Source: Candidatus Kapaibacterium sp. (lineage in GTDB: Bacteria; Bacteroidota; Ignavibacteria; Palsa-1295). From it: a stretch of 64,000 nucleotides of DNA. Location of the stretch: the NCBI GenBank assembly GCA_046590205.1, contig JBKJTT010000088.1, positions 733 through 64,732 of the forward strand, written 5' to 3'. A program made the translations under genes and the position numbers. Below, one piece after another: positions 9,671 to 18,313 of this stretch (positions within the stretch are counted from its first letter, which is position 1; each line of letters opens with the position of its first letter). The notes under the pieces are model-generated. The model was not told the origin of the DNA. It searched no databases and was given only the letters and a program-made list of their open reading frames with translations.

Positions 9671-10072
9671 ATGACAAGGTTCTTCTTCGGTATTTCTCTG
9701 TTTTTGCTGTTTTGGTGTGCCGATCTATTGGCACAGACGGGCAGTCAGGATTCTGTACTCGGAGGGCAAGTCCGCCCGAGGCGCGAAACCTACATAATTG
9801 AATCCTATCCATCCCCCGTCAAGGTTGGTCAGACGGTGAATATCAGCTATTACAACCATAATTCACAAGAGATAGCACTCTTTGTTGTTGATGTGACCGA
9901 CAAGGTTATTAAAGAGCTTCAACCACGCAAACTCACACCAAATGGTGTGCATAAGTTCGAGTTGCCGGTCAATGGACTTGCCTCTGGTGCCTATTTTGTG
10001 CGACTAAAGACGTATAGCTCCACGGGCTCACTCGATCAGGTACAAGATTCACGATTCCTCGTTATTCGTTGA
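9671..10072 (+). CDS. T9SS type-A C-terminal sorting domain-containing mini-protein (signal peptide plus CTD only, 133 aa)
   Basis: Signal peptide MTRFFFGISLFLLFWCADLLAQ; residues ~45-133 (ESYPSPVKVGQTVNISYY...IALFVVDVTDKVIKEL...LASGAYFVRLKT...RFLVIR) match the T9SS CTD consensus (SYPNP...G.YF.RL...K). No cargo domain. The stop overlaps the start of the next gene (ATGA). Confidence 0.75.
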   Translation: MTRFFFGISLFLLFWCADLLAQTGSQDSVLGGQVRPRRETYIIESYPSPVKVGQTVNISYYNHNSQEIALFVVDVTDKVIKELQPRKLTPNGVHKFELPVNGLASGAYFVRLKTYSSTGSLDQVQDSRFLVIR

Positions 10073-12522
10073 TGCAGAAAAACCATCCCCCGACCTCTCG
10101 CTTTTTCGCATTTGTTGCGTCGATAGTTCTACTCTTTTCTGCTGTCCATGTTTTTGCTCAGGATGAAAGTGTATTGCTTGACCCTGTAAAACGTAAATTT
10201 GCAGAATCCAATGGTAAAGACTTCTGGGTGTGCTTCCCGCAGAATGCGCAGGGAGAAAGTAATAGAGGCGGGCTGAGTTTCCGTCTTTATATCACAGGTG
10301 ATAAAGCAACGCGGGGAACAGTTGAGATACCTGGTCTTGGGATAAAGAAGAACTTCATCTGTAATGCTTCCGAAGTTATTTTTGTCGAGATAGACTCTAC
10401 TGCGCAGGTATTCGGAAGTGATGGGATCCATAAGCTCGGTATTCATGTAACCTCTGATAACCCGATTGCTGTGTACGGCCTCTCCAATAGAAAAGCAAGC
10501 ACCGATACGTATCTTGCCTATCCTGTAACTGTTCTCGGCACAACGTATCGTATCTGCGGCTACTACCCACTGCCTCAAACAGGAAATACATTTTCTACAC
10601 AAGCGAGCATTGTTGCAGTCGAGGATGCAACAGTTATTACCATCACGCTTGCCGGCGATACACGCGGCGGAAGACGAGCCGGAGAAACATATTCTGTCAA
10701 CCTTGTCAAAGGTGATGTCTATCAGATTCAGTCTGCAACAGGCATCGGAAAAAAATCTGACCTGACTGGTACGCTCGTTACCTCAAATAAACCTATATCG
10801 TTCTTTAGCGGACATACATGTGCGCAAGTGCCGGCTGATAAGAACTTTTGCGACCAGCTTCTTGAGATGGAGCCGCCGATGCCGAGTTGGGGAAGGCAGT
10901 TCTTTCTCGGAAGATTTGAAGGAAAGTCAGAATATGCTGTTCGCGTCATTGCAAGCGAAGCGAACACCCAGGTGTTTGTCAATAACAATCTTGTTGGTAA
11001 GCTTACGAATCCGGGTGATTTCTACGAGGATAATCATGCAAAAGAGAATGCACTCATTACGACGAATAAACCTGTTCTCGTTGCACAATATGCTCAAAGT
11101 TCAACGGCTGATAGCGCGCAGGTTGGTGACCCGTTCATGCTCTTTATCACACCTACAGAGCAGTTCTTAAATTACTACCGTTTTCTCACGCCTGTTCGTG
11201 GTGATTGGCATCACTATATCAACCTTGTAGTACCTATTGATGCTATTGCATCCTTGAAGCTCGATGGTCGGGGCGGATTTGGCAAGTATTTTAAGAATAT
11301 CGGTATCACTCGTTATGCAATCGCACAGATCGAGATTGGCTACGGCTCACACTCTGTTTCATGTGATAAACCATTTGGTTTGTATTCGTATGGCTTTGGA
11401 GTAGCAGGTGATAATTACGATTCGTATGGTAATAACGGTGGTCAGCTTGTTGCGACTATCCCTGATATCATTGACACACTTCCGCCATCGCTTGAACTTG
11501 TATCCGAGAATGCGAACTTGCCGCTTGCGCTTATTGCTCGTGATGACCGTCTCTTCGATGTCGGTATGAAAAGCGTTGTTGTTATTGATAGCTCAAATTT
11601 CCGTTCGCCGGTAACGATACCGTATTTTGATCCGGGCACACCGCAAGTCCCGCTCCTTTTCCGTGTGCGCGATACGAGTACATGCGGCTTTATGAGTTTG
11701 AAGCTCACCGATGATAACAAGAACGAATCATATTATACTATCTGCCGAACAAAGGTTGGCAATGAGTGGATGTATCAGCTTATTAGCGGACGCGAGTCGC
11801 TATGTCCAAGCTGCCGATCATGGACGGTGCAGTTCGTAACGACACCTTCGACAACGATCTCGAATGTCACTTTTGAGACACCTGACTATCTTGAGGCAAG
11901 CGGTACATACAAGTCATTCAGACCTGAACTATCGGGTGGTTTTTACGGAAGTTATATCTTCCCGTTTACAAAAGGTTTTATTATCGGCGGCGGTATCGGC
12001 TTTAGTAATTTTTCGGGCACCGCCATATCGCAGCACTCATCGTTCATTCAGGATTCTATCTTCTATGGTGATAGCGCGGGTGCTGGGAAATCAAAACTCG
12101 TTGAAGAGTTTGCAACGACCGCTTCGCTAAGTTACCTTACGCTCAATGGGGGTATCTATCATTATTTTGTGCCTGAAAAACTCTATATCTATGGCGGACT
12201 TTCTGCCGGGTTCCTCTTGTCAGGGACTTACAATCAAACAGCAGAGATACTCTATCCTGCAACCATTGATTATAATACTGGCGACCCACAACGCAAGAGC
12301 ACAGGTGTTCGGAAGAAAAATCTCACAAGTGGTAGCTTCCCTGAACCAAACAATTTCTTGCTCGCGATAGAGATCGCGCCGGGTATGCAGTTCAAGCTCA
12401 ATAAGAACTTCTCGCTCTTAACAGGACTATCTCTTAACTTCCCAATATTTGATGTCGTCAATGACCTGAATTGGCATCTGACAAGTTTTGGATTGCGCTT
12501 AGGATTACAGTATAGGAATTAG
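10069..12522 (+). CDS. Secreted 817-aa protein: N-terminal adhesin-like domain (tentatively IgGFc-binding-N-like) with C-terminal outer-membrane beta-barrel domain
   Basis: Signal peptide FAFVASIVLLFSAVHVFAQ; C-terminal ~240 aa have amphipathic strand periodicity with Gly/aromatic girdles (GFYGSYIFPF, GGIYHYFVPEKLYIYGGLSAGFLL, FGLRLGLQYRN) typical of OMP_b-brl/porin-family anchors. Confidence 0.8.
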   Translation: MMQKNHPPTSRFFAFVASIVLLFSAVHVFAQDESVLLDPVKRKFAESNGKDFWVCFPQNAQGESNRGGLSFRLYITGDKATRGTVEIPGLGIKKNFICNASEVIFVEIDSTAQVFGSDGIHKLGIHVTSDNPIAVYGLSNRKASTDTYLAYPVTVLGTTYRICGYYPLPQTGNTFSTQASIVAVEDATVITITLAGDTRGGRRAGETYSVNLVKGDVYQIQSATGIGKKSDLTGTLVTSNKPISFFSGHTCAQVPADKNFCDQLLEMEPPMPSWGRQFFLGRFEGKSEYAVRVIASEANTQVFVNNNLVGKLTNPGDFYEDNHAKENALITTNKPVLVAQYAQSSTADSAQVGDPFMLFITPTEQFLNYYRFLTPVRGDWHHYINLVVPIDAIASLKLDGRGGFGKYFKNIGITRYAIAQIEIGYGSHSVSCDKPFGLYSYGFGVAGDNYDSYGNNGGQLVATIPDIIDTLPPSLELVSENANLPLALIARDDRLFDVGMKSVVVIDSSNFRSPVTIPYFDPGTPQVPLLFRVRDTSTCGFMSLKLTDDNKNESYYTICRTKVGNEWMYQLISGRESLCPSCRSWTVQFVTTPSTTISNVTFETPDYLEASGTYKSFRPELSGGFYGSYIFPFTKGFIIGGGIGFSNFSGTAISQHSSFIQDSIFYGDSAGAGKSKLVEEFATTASLSYLTLNGGIYHYFVPEKLYIYGGLSAGFLLSGTYNQTAEILYPATIDYNTGDPQRKSTGVRKKNLTSGSFPEPNNFLLAIEIAPGMQFKLNKNFSLLTGLSLNFPIFDVVNDLNWHLTSFGLRLGLQYRN

Positions 12523-13178
12523 TTGGCGTTTGATCGGTATTCCTCTATCCCCGCAATACCCTTCGCTTCGACGATATTACATAACGAATATTCGCCAGTC
12601 CGGTAGTATCTGTATGTGGGGATGTCGGTCTTTTGTATAGTCGCGCCTCGTGCAACTGCCTTCTCGAAGAACTCCGTATCATCGCCGTAGAGAACGTCAT
12701 TATATCCGCCAAGCCGCGACCAGAGGTCACGTCGGATAAAGAAGGTACCACCGACAGCACATTCGGATAAGTGGATCTGCGAAGATGGGGCATGCTTATC
12801 TGCTACATAAGGACTGCCGATGACTTCTATCCCACCATGAAGGAGTTCGAGTGCAGGTTTGCTCGATAGAATGTCGTAGCGTGAGTCGAGATGGTCAAGA
12901 AGATATTCATCATCGGAATCAAGAAACGTAAAGTAACGTCCCGTTGCAAGCGAGCAGCCAAAGTTACGGGCTAATGCCTGACCTTTGTTTGTCTGATAGT
13001 GGTAGGTGATACGAGTGTCGCTAAGGTAAGAGAGGACTACCTCTTTGGTATTGTCCGAAGAACCGTCATCAACGATGATAAGCTCCCAATCATCGAACGT
13101 TTGAGCAATGACACTTTTAATCGCTCGCTCAATGGTATATGCACGATTAAACGTGCAGAGTATGACGGAGAACATCAT
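12519..13178 (-). CDS. Glycosyltransferase family 2
   Basis: N-terminal GT-A motif MMFSVILCTFNRAYTIERAIKSVIAQTFDDWELIIVDDGSSDNT. The start overlaps the upstream stop by ATGA. Confidence 0.85.
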   Translation of the reverse strand: MMFSVILCTFNRAYTIERAIKSVIAQTFDDWELIIVDDGSSDNTKEVVLSYLSDTRITYHYQTNKGQALARNFGCSLATGRYFTFLDSDDEYLLDHLDSRYDILSSKPALELLHGGIEVIGSPYVADKHAPSSQIHLSECAVGGTFFIRRDLWSRLGGYNDVLYGDDTEFFEKAVARGATIQKTDIPTYRYYRTGEYSLCNIVEAKGIAGIEEYRSNAN

Positions 13179-14752
13179 ATCACTCTCTCATATTCTTTCA
13201 AATCTATCTTCCACACTTTTACGCCGCAGTAGCGCGTACCTTCGGGACAGACGGGGCGGACGCTTGCCATATCACGCAACGAACAAGGCGGAAGGAGATA
13301 CTTCCCAATCAGCGGGTGGACTTCGCGAATCTGGTCAGCTTCATCAACCGATGCGCGCCAAATCTCTTCCTGCGCATTGTAGCATAGGCGCATTGCATGT
13401 TTATGATGCAGCGATAGAAGGTCGGCAGATTCGGTGAAACGGATACTCGCCGCATTTGGGAGCATATACTCTGCGAACTCCTGACTTTCTCCAAGTTCTA
13501 ACAATTTCTGATAACTCTTCCAAGACTCTTTCAGAGAGTTGTGGTAACGCTCTTGCGCTTCATCTGATGCATACGTAATAACAAGCGGTGTTTCATAATC
13601 AGGCGTGGCAGGGTCTATTTGTCGGTGCAAGATAGGGCGCGAGCCGGGCGTCATACGGTGGCGTTGATCCTGGGAATCAGCCGCATGAGAAAGCTTCTTC
13701 TGGAATGTGTAATGCACATTGTGCATTGCTCGTGAGAGCTTTGTCTGTGTCGTCAGCACCATCGTCTCGCCGAGGATTGTATTCTTCGACGGGTCAAGGA
13801 CTAACTGGATCGCATCTTCATCGTTAATATCCCATACCGAAAGCCCCATGACTTCGCGAACACTTGCGGCAAGTGTGCGTTCTGCGAATGCTTTATAGTC
13901 AACAAGCCGCGCAACACGTCCGCTAAGTTCATGATCGAACTCATGACGAAACTTTGTTGGGTTTGGTTGAAATGTATTGAGATATGCTGTCTCGGGGTAT
14001 TGGCTTTCAGTAAGTGGCTCCTGCAAGATGAGACGATAGTTCGGATCGACCTTTAATAACTCTTCAACCATCTTCGAGACGAGTGCGAACGTCTCGGTTG
14101 GTGTATCATACATCCTTGCAAGGCGATAGTAACGCAAGAGCGTTATACCAGAAACGGTATGGTACATATAAGCCGTCGTCGAGAGCGGAAGTACGTAGCG
14201 CGCGACTTCCTGTGCTTTTTTCTTTATCTCTTTGTCATACTCATCAGCTTTTTTCTGGCGATGCGGAAAGCGGTTGAAATATGCTTCAGCAACTGCAGGT
14301 GTCAAAAGACCAATCAGAGCTTTGTAATCTTCGGTAATTCTATCCATCTCTTTTTCATAAAGAGACTGCGCTGCTTCTGTCTTAAACTTCGGCACCACCC
14401 AACTGCCTCTTTTTACTTCAACGTACCTTTGGCTGACCTGTTCGGAATTATAAAAAGGATGTGAATGCAGAAAACTCCAGATTGCATGACGCGACACGCC
14501 TTCAAGCGCGAACTGGAAATGCGCATGTTGGAGCGTTGTATGATGCCCGGCTTCAAAGATACTCTCTGCGAGCGGTCCGTGTTTTTCCATCGTGACCTGT
14601 CCAGTTTCGATGATACCCTTTGAGGAGTAACACGTACGGGCGGTAGCAATGGCATTCTTGAACGGCTCGGCGAATGAGTTGACAAGCCGCACTTTTAGCG
14701 GCGAATCTATGAAAGTTTGTGTGTTGTTTTCGGGCACTCTGGGTTTTGGCAC
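13175..14752 (-). CDS. thyX: ThyX-like (FAD-dependent thymidylate synthase family) tandem-domain protein; N-terminal domain has a degenerate active-site motif
   Basis: The C-terminal half aligns to ThyX: [10 protein letters not shown]...QDQRHRMT (RHR motif) and ...[22 protein letters not shown]. The N-terminal half also aligns ([52 protein letters not shown]) but has FLHSHPF in place of FRHR. The ORF-track start at 14920 overlaps the divergent tonB-like gene by 95 nt, so an in-frame GTG at 14752 (or 14737) is a more plausible start. Confidence 0.6.
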   Translation of the reverse strand: [525 protein letters not shown]

Positions 14753-14825
14753 AAAAATTGAGTCAGGTAGATAACAAATAACGAAACGCTTAATTTCTCT
14801 ATATTTTCCACAAAAGAGGTGCAAA

Positions 14826-15647
14826 ATGCAAACCCAAAACCGAATTCTGCAAGCTGTGGTGGTTTTAATGGCTCTAATGCTAATAACAGGAATAGCTGAT
14901 GCACAGAAGAAGAAAGCCAAGAAAACTGCCCCCGTTACCGAACAGACTCAAGATACTGTGAATCGTGCTGTAATTGAGGAAGAGCCGTATAAAAGTGAAT
15001 TTGTTAGCGTTAAGGTGGAGCCCCATCCAATCCAAGATATACAAAGTCTTGTAGAATATCCGGAAAAGGCTAAAAGGGCTGGTCTTGAAGGGAAGGTAAT
15101 TGTATCTGCTCTGATCGATACAAATGGTAAAGTTATTAAGGTCGAGGTAGATAGATCAACTAATCCTATCTTTGAAGAGTCTGCCCGTAAAGCAATGATG
15201 AAAGCACGTTTTACTCCAGCATTGCAAAATACGAAACCTGTAAAACTTTGGTACACATTGCCAATTGTTTTCAAGTTACAAAACCCAGACAATATCACAC
15301 GAGATAGTATAATACATATAAGTATTCCCGAAAGTCTTGAGCGATATAATTTTGTTAGTGTAGATGTGGAACCCCAGCCACTTCAAGATATATACAACTT
15401 TGTTGAATATCCCGAAGAAGCTAAAAAAGCTGGCTTGGAAGGAAGGGTTGTCGTTTATGCGCTTATTGACACAAGTGGTAAGGTGATACAGGTTGAGATA
15501 GATAGTTCGGGTTATACGATACTTGAAGAATCTGCTCGCAAAGCAATGTTTAACGTTCAGTTCACACCCGCCATAAAAGATGACAAAGCAGTAGAATATT
15601 GGTACATGATGCCGGTGCTATTTAAGCTATATACCATTGACAAGTAG
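14826..15647 (+). CDS. Energy transducer TonB-family protein with two tandem TonB C-terminal domains
   Basis: N-terminal membrane anchor, Lys-rich linker, then two ~95-aa TonB_C-like units (EYPEKAKRAGLEGKVIVSALIDTNGKVIKVEVD... and EYPEEAKKAGLEGRVVVYALIDTSGKVIQVEID...). AAGAGG RBS before the ATG. Confidence 0.8.
   Translation: MQTQNRILQAVVVLMALMLITGIADAQKKKAKKTAPVTEQTQDTVNRAVIEEEPYKSEFVSVKVEPHPIQDIQSLVEYPEKAKRAGLEGKVIVSALIDTNGKVIKVEVDRSTNPIFEESARKAMMKARFTPALQNTKPVKLWYTLPIVFKLQNPDNITRDSIIHISIPESLERYNFVSVDVEPQPLQDIYNFVEYPEEAKKAGLEGRVVVYALIDTSGKVIQVEIDSSGYTILEESARKAMFNVQFTPAIKDDKAVEYWYMMPVLFKLYTIDK
14996..15645 (+). repeat. Internal tandem duplication (~300 bp x 2, about 75% nucleotide identity) encoding the two TonB_C domains
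   Basis: Unit 1 (~14996-15298) and unit 2 (~15344-15645) share long colinear stretches (gttagcgttaaggtggagccccatccaatccaagatata... versus gttagtgtagatgtggaaccccagccacttcaagatata...). Confidence 0.6.
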
Positions 15648-15672
15648 GACAGACTAAAGTCCGTGCCAACAC
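15645..15672. repeat. Palindromic hairpin element copy 1 (AGTAGGACAGACTAAAGTCCGTGCC), starting at the TonB-like gene stop codon
   Basis: Shares the core GAC(A/G)GACTAAAGTCCGT with the element at 17245-17270; the left arm is complete (AGTAGGAC) and the right arm is degenerate. Confidence 0.5.
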
Positions 15673-15730
15673 AAAGTCCGGCGATATTGTCGTATTTTCG
15701 CAGCGCTTTCATTATTGCCTTTATGAATAC

Positions 15731-17206
15731 TTGCGAAAGATAGAGTTACCTTCGTCCAAAGTTCAGTGGTTTGGGTTTGTTGCGGGGATTGTCGGCTTTG
15801 TCGTTATCCTCCTGATTGACACACCCCTGCATCACATCTCCGAGGGCAGACCTGCCCTTGCCGCCGCGGTGGCGTTCTGGATGGCGATGTGGTGGCTTAC
15901 CGAAGCGATGCCTATAACCATCACTGCCTGTATCCCGCCGCTTCTTTTTCCGATACTTGGCGTCTTCGGCAAAGGATACTTCCAAGACCTATTCCCAACG
16001 ATTCTGCAATACCTTGATCCATATATCTGGCTCTTTGCAGGAGGACTCTGCATTGCCGCCGCTATGCAGCAATGGGGACTACATAAGCGCATCGCGCTGA
16101 ACATCATGAGGTACATCGGTACCGAGCCGAAACATCTTCTGCTGGGGATGCTGACCTCGACGGCATTCATCTCGTTGTGGCTCTCGAACACCGCCACTGC
16201 CGCGCTCATGTTCCCGATAGGGATGGCAGTTATTCATCAGATGGAAGTAGCCGGCGGTGGTAAACGTCTCGGGTTTTACGGAATGGCGATTATGCTCTCG
16301 ATAGCATACGGCTCGAACATAGGTCTTGGTACGACGATAGCGACTGCGCCGAACGCTATGTTCGTCGGCTTCATGGAAAAGAACGGCATGCCTGTCTCAT
16401 TTCTGGACTTCATGATGATCGCAATGCCGTTCACGTTGTTTCTTATCCCGATCACGTGGTATTTTCTTTGGCGCATTGCAAGACGCGACGAACTCCCTCC
16501 GCGTGCAAGCGACGAAGTTATACGCGGAGAGCTTGCAAAACTTGGTCACATGAAAGAGCAGGAGTGGAGCGTACTCTTTATCTTCATGCTTGCGGCAATA
16601 GTCTGGATATTGAGCGACCCGATAACGACATTCCTCAAGCCGCATGTTACGGCGTTCAAACTTATAGGCGCTCATGTCGAAGGCGGAGTATCACTTCTTG
16701 CGGGAATACTACTTCTTCTTTGGCGAGAGCAGGGAAGGCAAGTCCTCGAAGTAAAACATCTGAAAGGTCTGCCGTGGGGGACGCTCGTTCTCTTGGGCGG
16801 AAGCTTTGCAATGGCAAGCGGCATTCAAGCAAGCGGACTCTCGGAATATCTCGGCTCACAGCTTGCATTCATTTCTTCGATGAGTGAATTTATGCAAGTG
16901 CTACTCGTCTCGCTGGCAACGGTTGGTATTTCTGCTGTAGCATCAAACACAGCTACCATCGCTATCATGTTGAATGTACTCAAGGGAGTAATATCGCCAA
17001 GTCTTCTTCCGACAGTTCTCTACTCGGCAACAATGTCATCATCCTGCGACTTCGCACTCCCTGCCGGTACACCGCCGAATGCCATCGTCTTCGGAAGCGG
17101 CTACGTAACCATCCCACAAATGGCAAAGACAGGCGTCATGCTTGACGTAATTGCAGGTGTCATCTCCGCAGTCTGGTGCTGGTTTATTGTGCGGTTGGTA
17201 ATGTAG
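15731..17206 (+). CDS. DASS/SLC13-family anion (sulfate/di-tricarboxylate) symporter permease
   Basis: About 13 TM segments; motifs AFWMAMWWLTEAMPITITACIPPLLFPILGV and SNTATIAIMLNVL are typical of the ArsB/NhaD superfamily DASS permeases. Confidence 0.85.
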   Translation: MRKIELPSSKVQWFGFVAGIVGFVVILLIDTPLHHISEGRPALAAAVAFWMAMWWLTEAMPITITACIPPLLFPILGVFGKGYFQDLFPTILQYLDPYIWLFAGGLCIAAAMQQWGLHKRIALNIMRYIGTEPKHLLLGMLTSTAFISLWLSNTATAALMFPIGMAVIHQMEVAGGGKRLGFYGMAIMLSIAYGSNIGLGTTIATAPNAMFVGFMEKNGMPVSFLDFMMIAMPFTLFLIPITWYFLWRIARRDELPPRASDEVIRGELAKLGHMKEQEWSVLFIFMLAAIVWILSDPITTFLKPHVTAFKLIGAHVEGGVSLLAGILLLLWREQGRQVLEVKHLKGLPWGTLVLLGGSFAMASGIQASGLSEYLGSQLAFISSMSEFMQVLLVSLATVGISAVASNTATIAIMLNVLKGVISPSLLPTVLYSATMSSSCDFALPAGTPPNAIVFGSGYVTIPQMAKTGVMLDVIAGVISAVWCWFIVRLVM

Positions 17207-17246
17207 TGGGGAAGTGGTTAGTGGCTAGTAGTCAGTGGTTAGTTGG

Positions 17247-17266
17247 GGACGGACTAAAGTCCGTCC
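17247..17266. terminator. Perfect 9-bp stem / 2-nt loop hairpin (GGACGGACT-AA-AGTCCGTCC) between convergent genes; second copy of the palindromic element
   Basis: Stem pairs verified base by base. It lies 40 nt after the transporter stop and 21 nt before the pip stop on the opposite strand, so it is likely a bidirectional terminator. It is flanked by GTCCTACT, which is the reverse complement of the AGTAGGAC flank in copy 1. Confidence 0.6.
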
Positions 17267-17287
17267 TACTTTAATCTTGAGATTCCA

Positions 17288-18223
17288 TCACTCCGTCGCA
17301 CGATATCCATTAGTAGCATCTACGAGTGCTTCTGCGTTTTCTGCGTCGAACATTGAGTGACCGGCGCGTGGTGTAACGACGAGGTTTGCATGGGGGAGTA
17401 CACGTTTTAGCTCCCATGCATTACGCATTGTGCAGATGACGTCGTAGCGTCCGTGAACGATCGTCATCGGGATGTGCGCGATCTTGTGTGCGTCAGTCAA
17501 AAGCTGACCTTCTTCGAGAAAGCAGTTATTTTTAATGTAGTGACATTCGATGCGTGAGAAGCTTATGGCAGAATCATCATCGAGCGATTTGTCCTCATTG
17601 ACAAGCTTAATGATTGAGAACTCCCAATTGCTCCAGCGTCGTGCAGCTTCGAGCATCGGTTTTTCTTCTACGCCGGTGAGCGCGCGATAGTATGCATCAA
17701 TATAACTTTCGCCCGGATTTAGTGTCACGCCCTTTTTGAATTCATCCCACTTCTCGGGAAATAACTCGCTTGCTCCATATTCATAAAGCCACTTATTATC
17801 TTCGTCGCGGCCTAAGAAGATACCGCGCAAAATAAGATGCGTTACTCGTTCAGGATATTTTTGGCTGTAGCTCAATGATAGCGTCGAGCCCCATGAGCCG
17901 CCGAAGACGAGCCACTTCTCAACGGCGAGATGTTCGCGGAGTTTTTCGATGTCCTCGACTAAATACCATGTCATGTTATCTTCGAGCGATGCATGAGGTG
18001 TACTGCGCTTTGCGCCGCGTTGATCGAAAAGGATAATGCGGTAGTATTTCGGGTCGAACATCTGTCGCATTTCATCGGAGCATCCCGAACCCGGTCCGCC
18101 ATGAAGCATCACAGCCGGAACACCAGCGGGGTTGCCGCACTCTTCATAGTAAAGCGAGTGTAGGTCGGAGACCTTTAGGAATCCTGTGTTATAAGGTTCG
18201 ATCAGTGGATAAAGTTGTGCCAT
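17288..18223 (-). CDS. pip: Proline iminopeptidase (prolyl aminopeptidase, S33 family)
   Basis: MAQLYPLIEPYNTGFLKVSDLHSLYYEECGNPAGVPAVMLHGGPGSG...GGSWGSTLSL alpha/beta-hydrolase nucleophile elbow; full-length match to the Pip family. Confidence 0.9.
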   Translation of the reverse strand: MAQLYPLIEPYNTGFLKVSDLHSLYYEECGNPAGVPAVMLHGGPGSGCSDEMRQMFDPKYYRIILFDQRGAKRSTPHASLEDNMTWYLVEDIEKLREHLAVEKWLVFGGSWGSTLSLSYSQKYPERVTHLILRGIFLGRDEDNKWLYEYGASELFPEKWDEFKKGVTLNPGESYIDAYYRALTGVEEKPMLEAARRWSNWEFSIIKLVNEDKSLDDDSAISFSRIECHYIKNNCFLEEGQLLTDAHKIAHIPMTIVHGRYDVICTMRNAWELKRVLPHANLVVTPRAGHSMFDAENAEALVDATNGYRATE

Positions 18224-18313
18224 AAATAACGAATAATAATATACAAACTTACGTCATTTATTCATCGTTCTTCTCTAACGACAAAAGACTGACGACTACC
18301 AACTACTCGAGGG

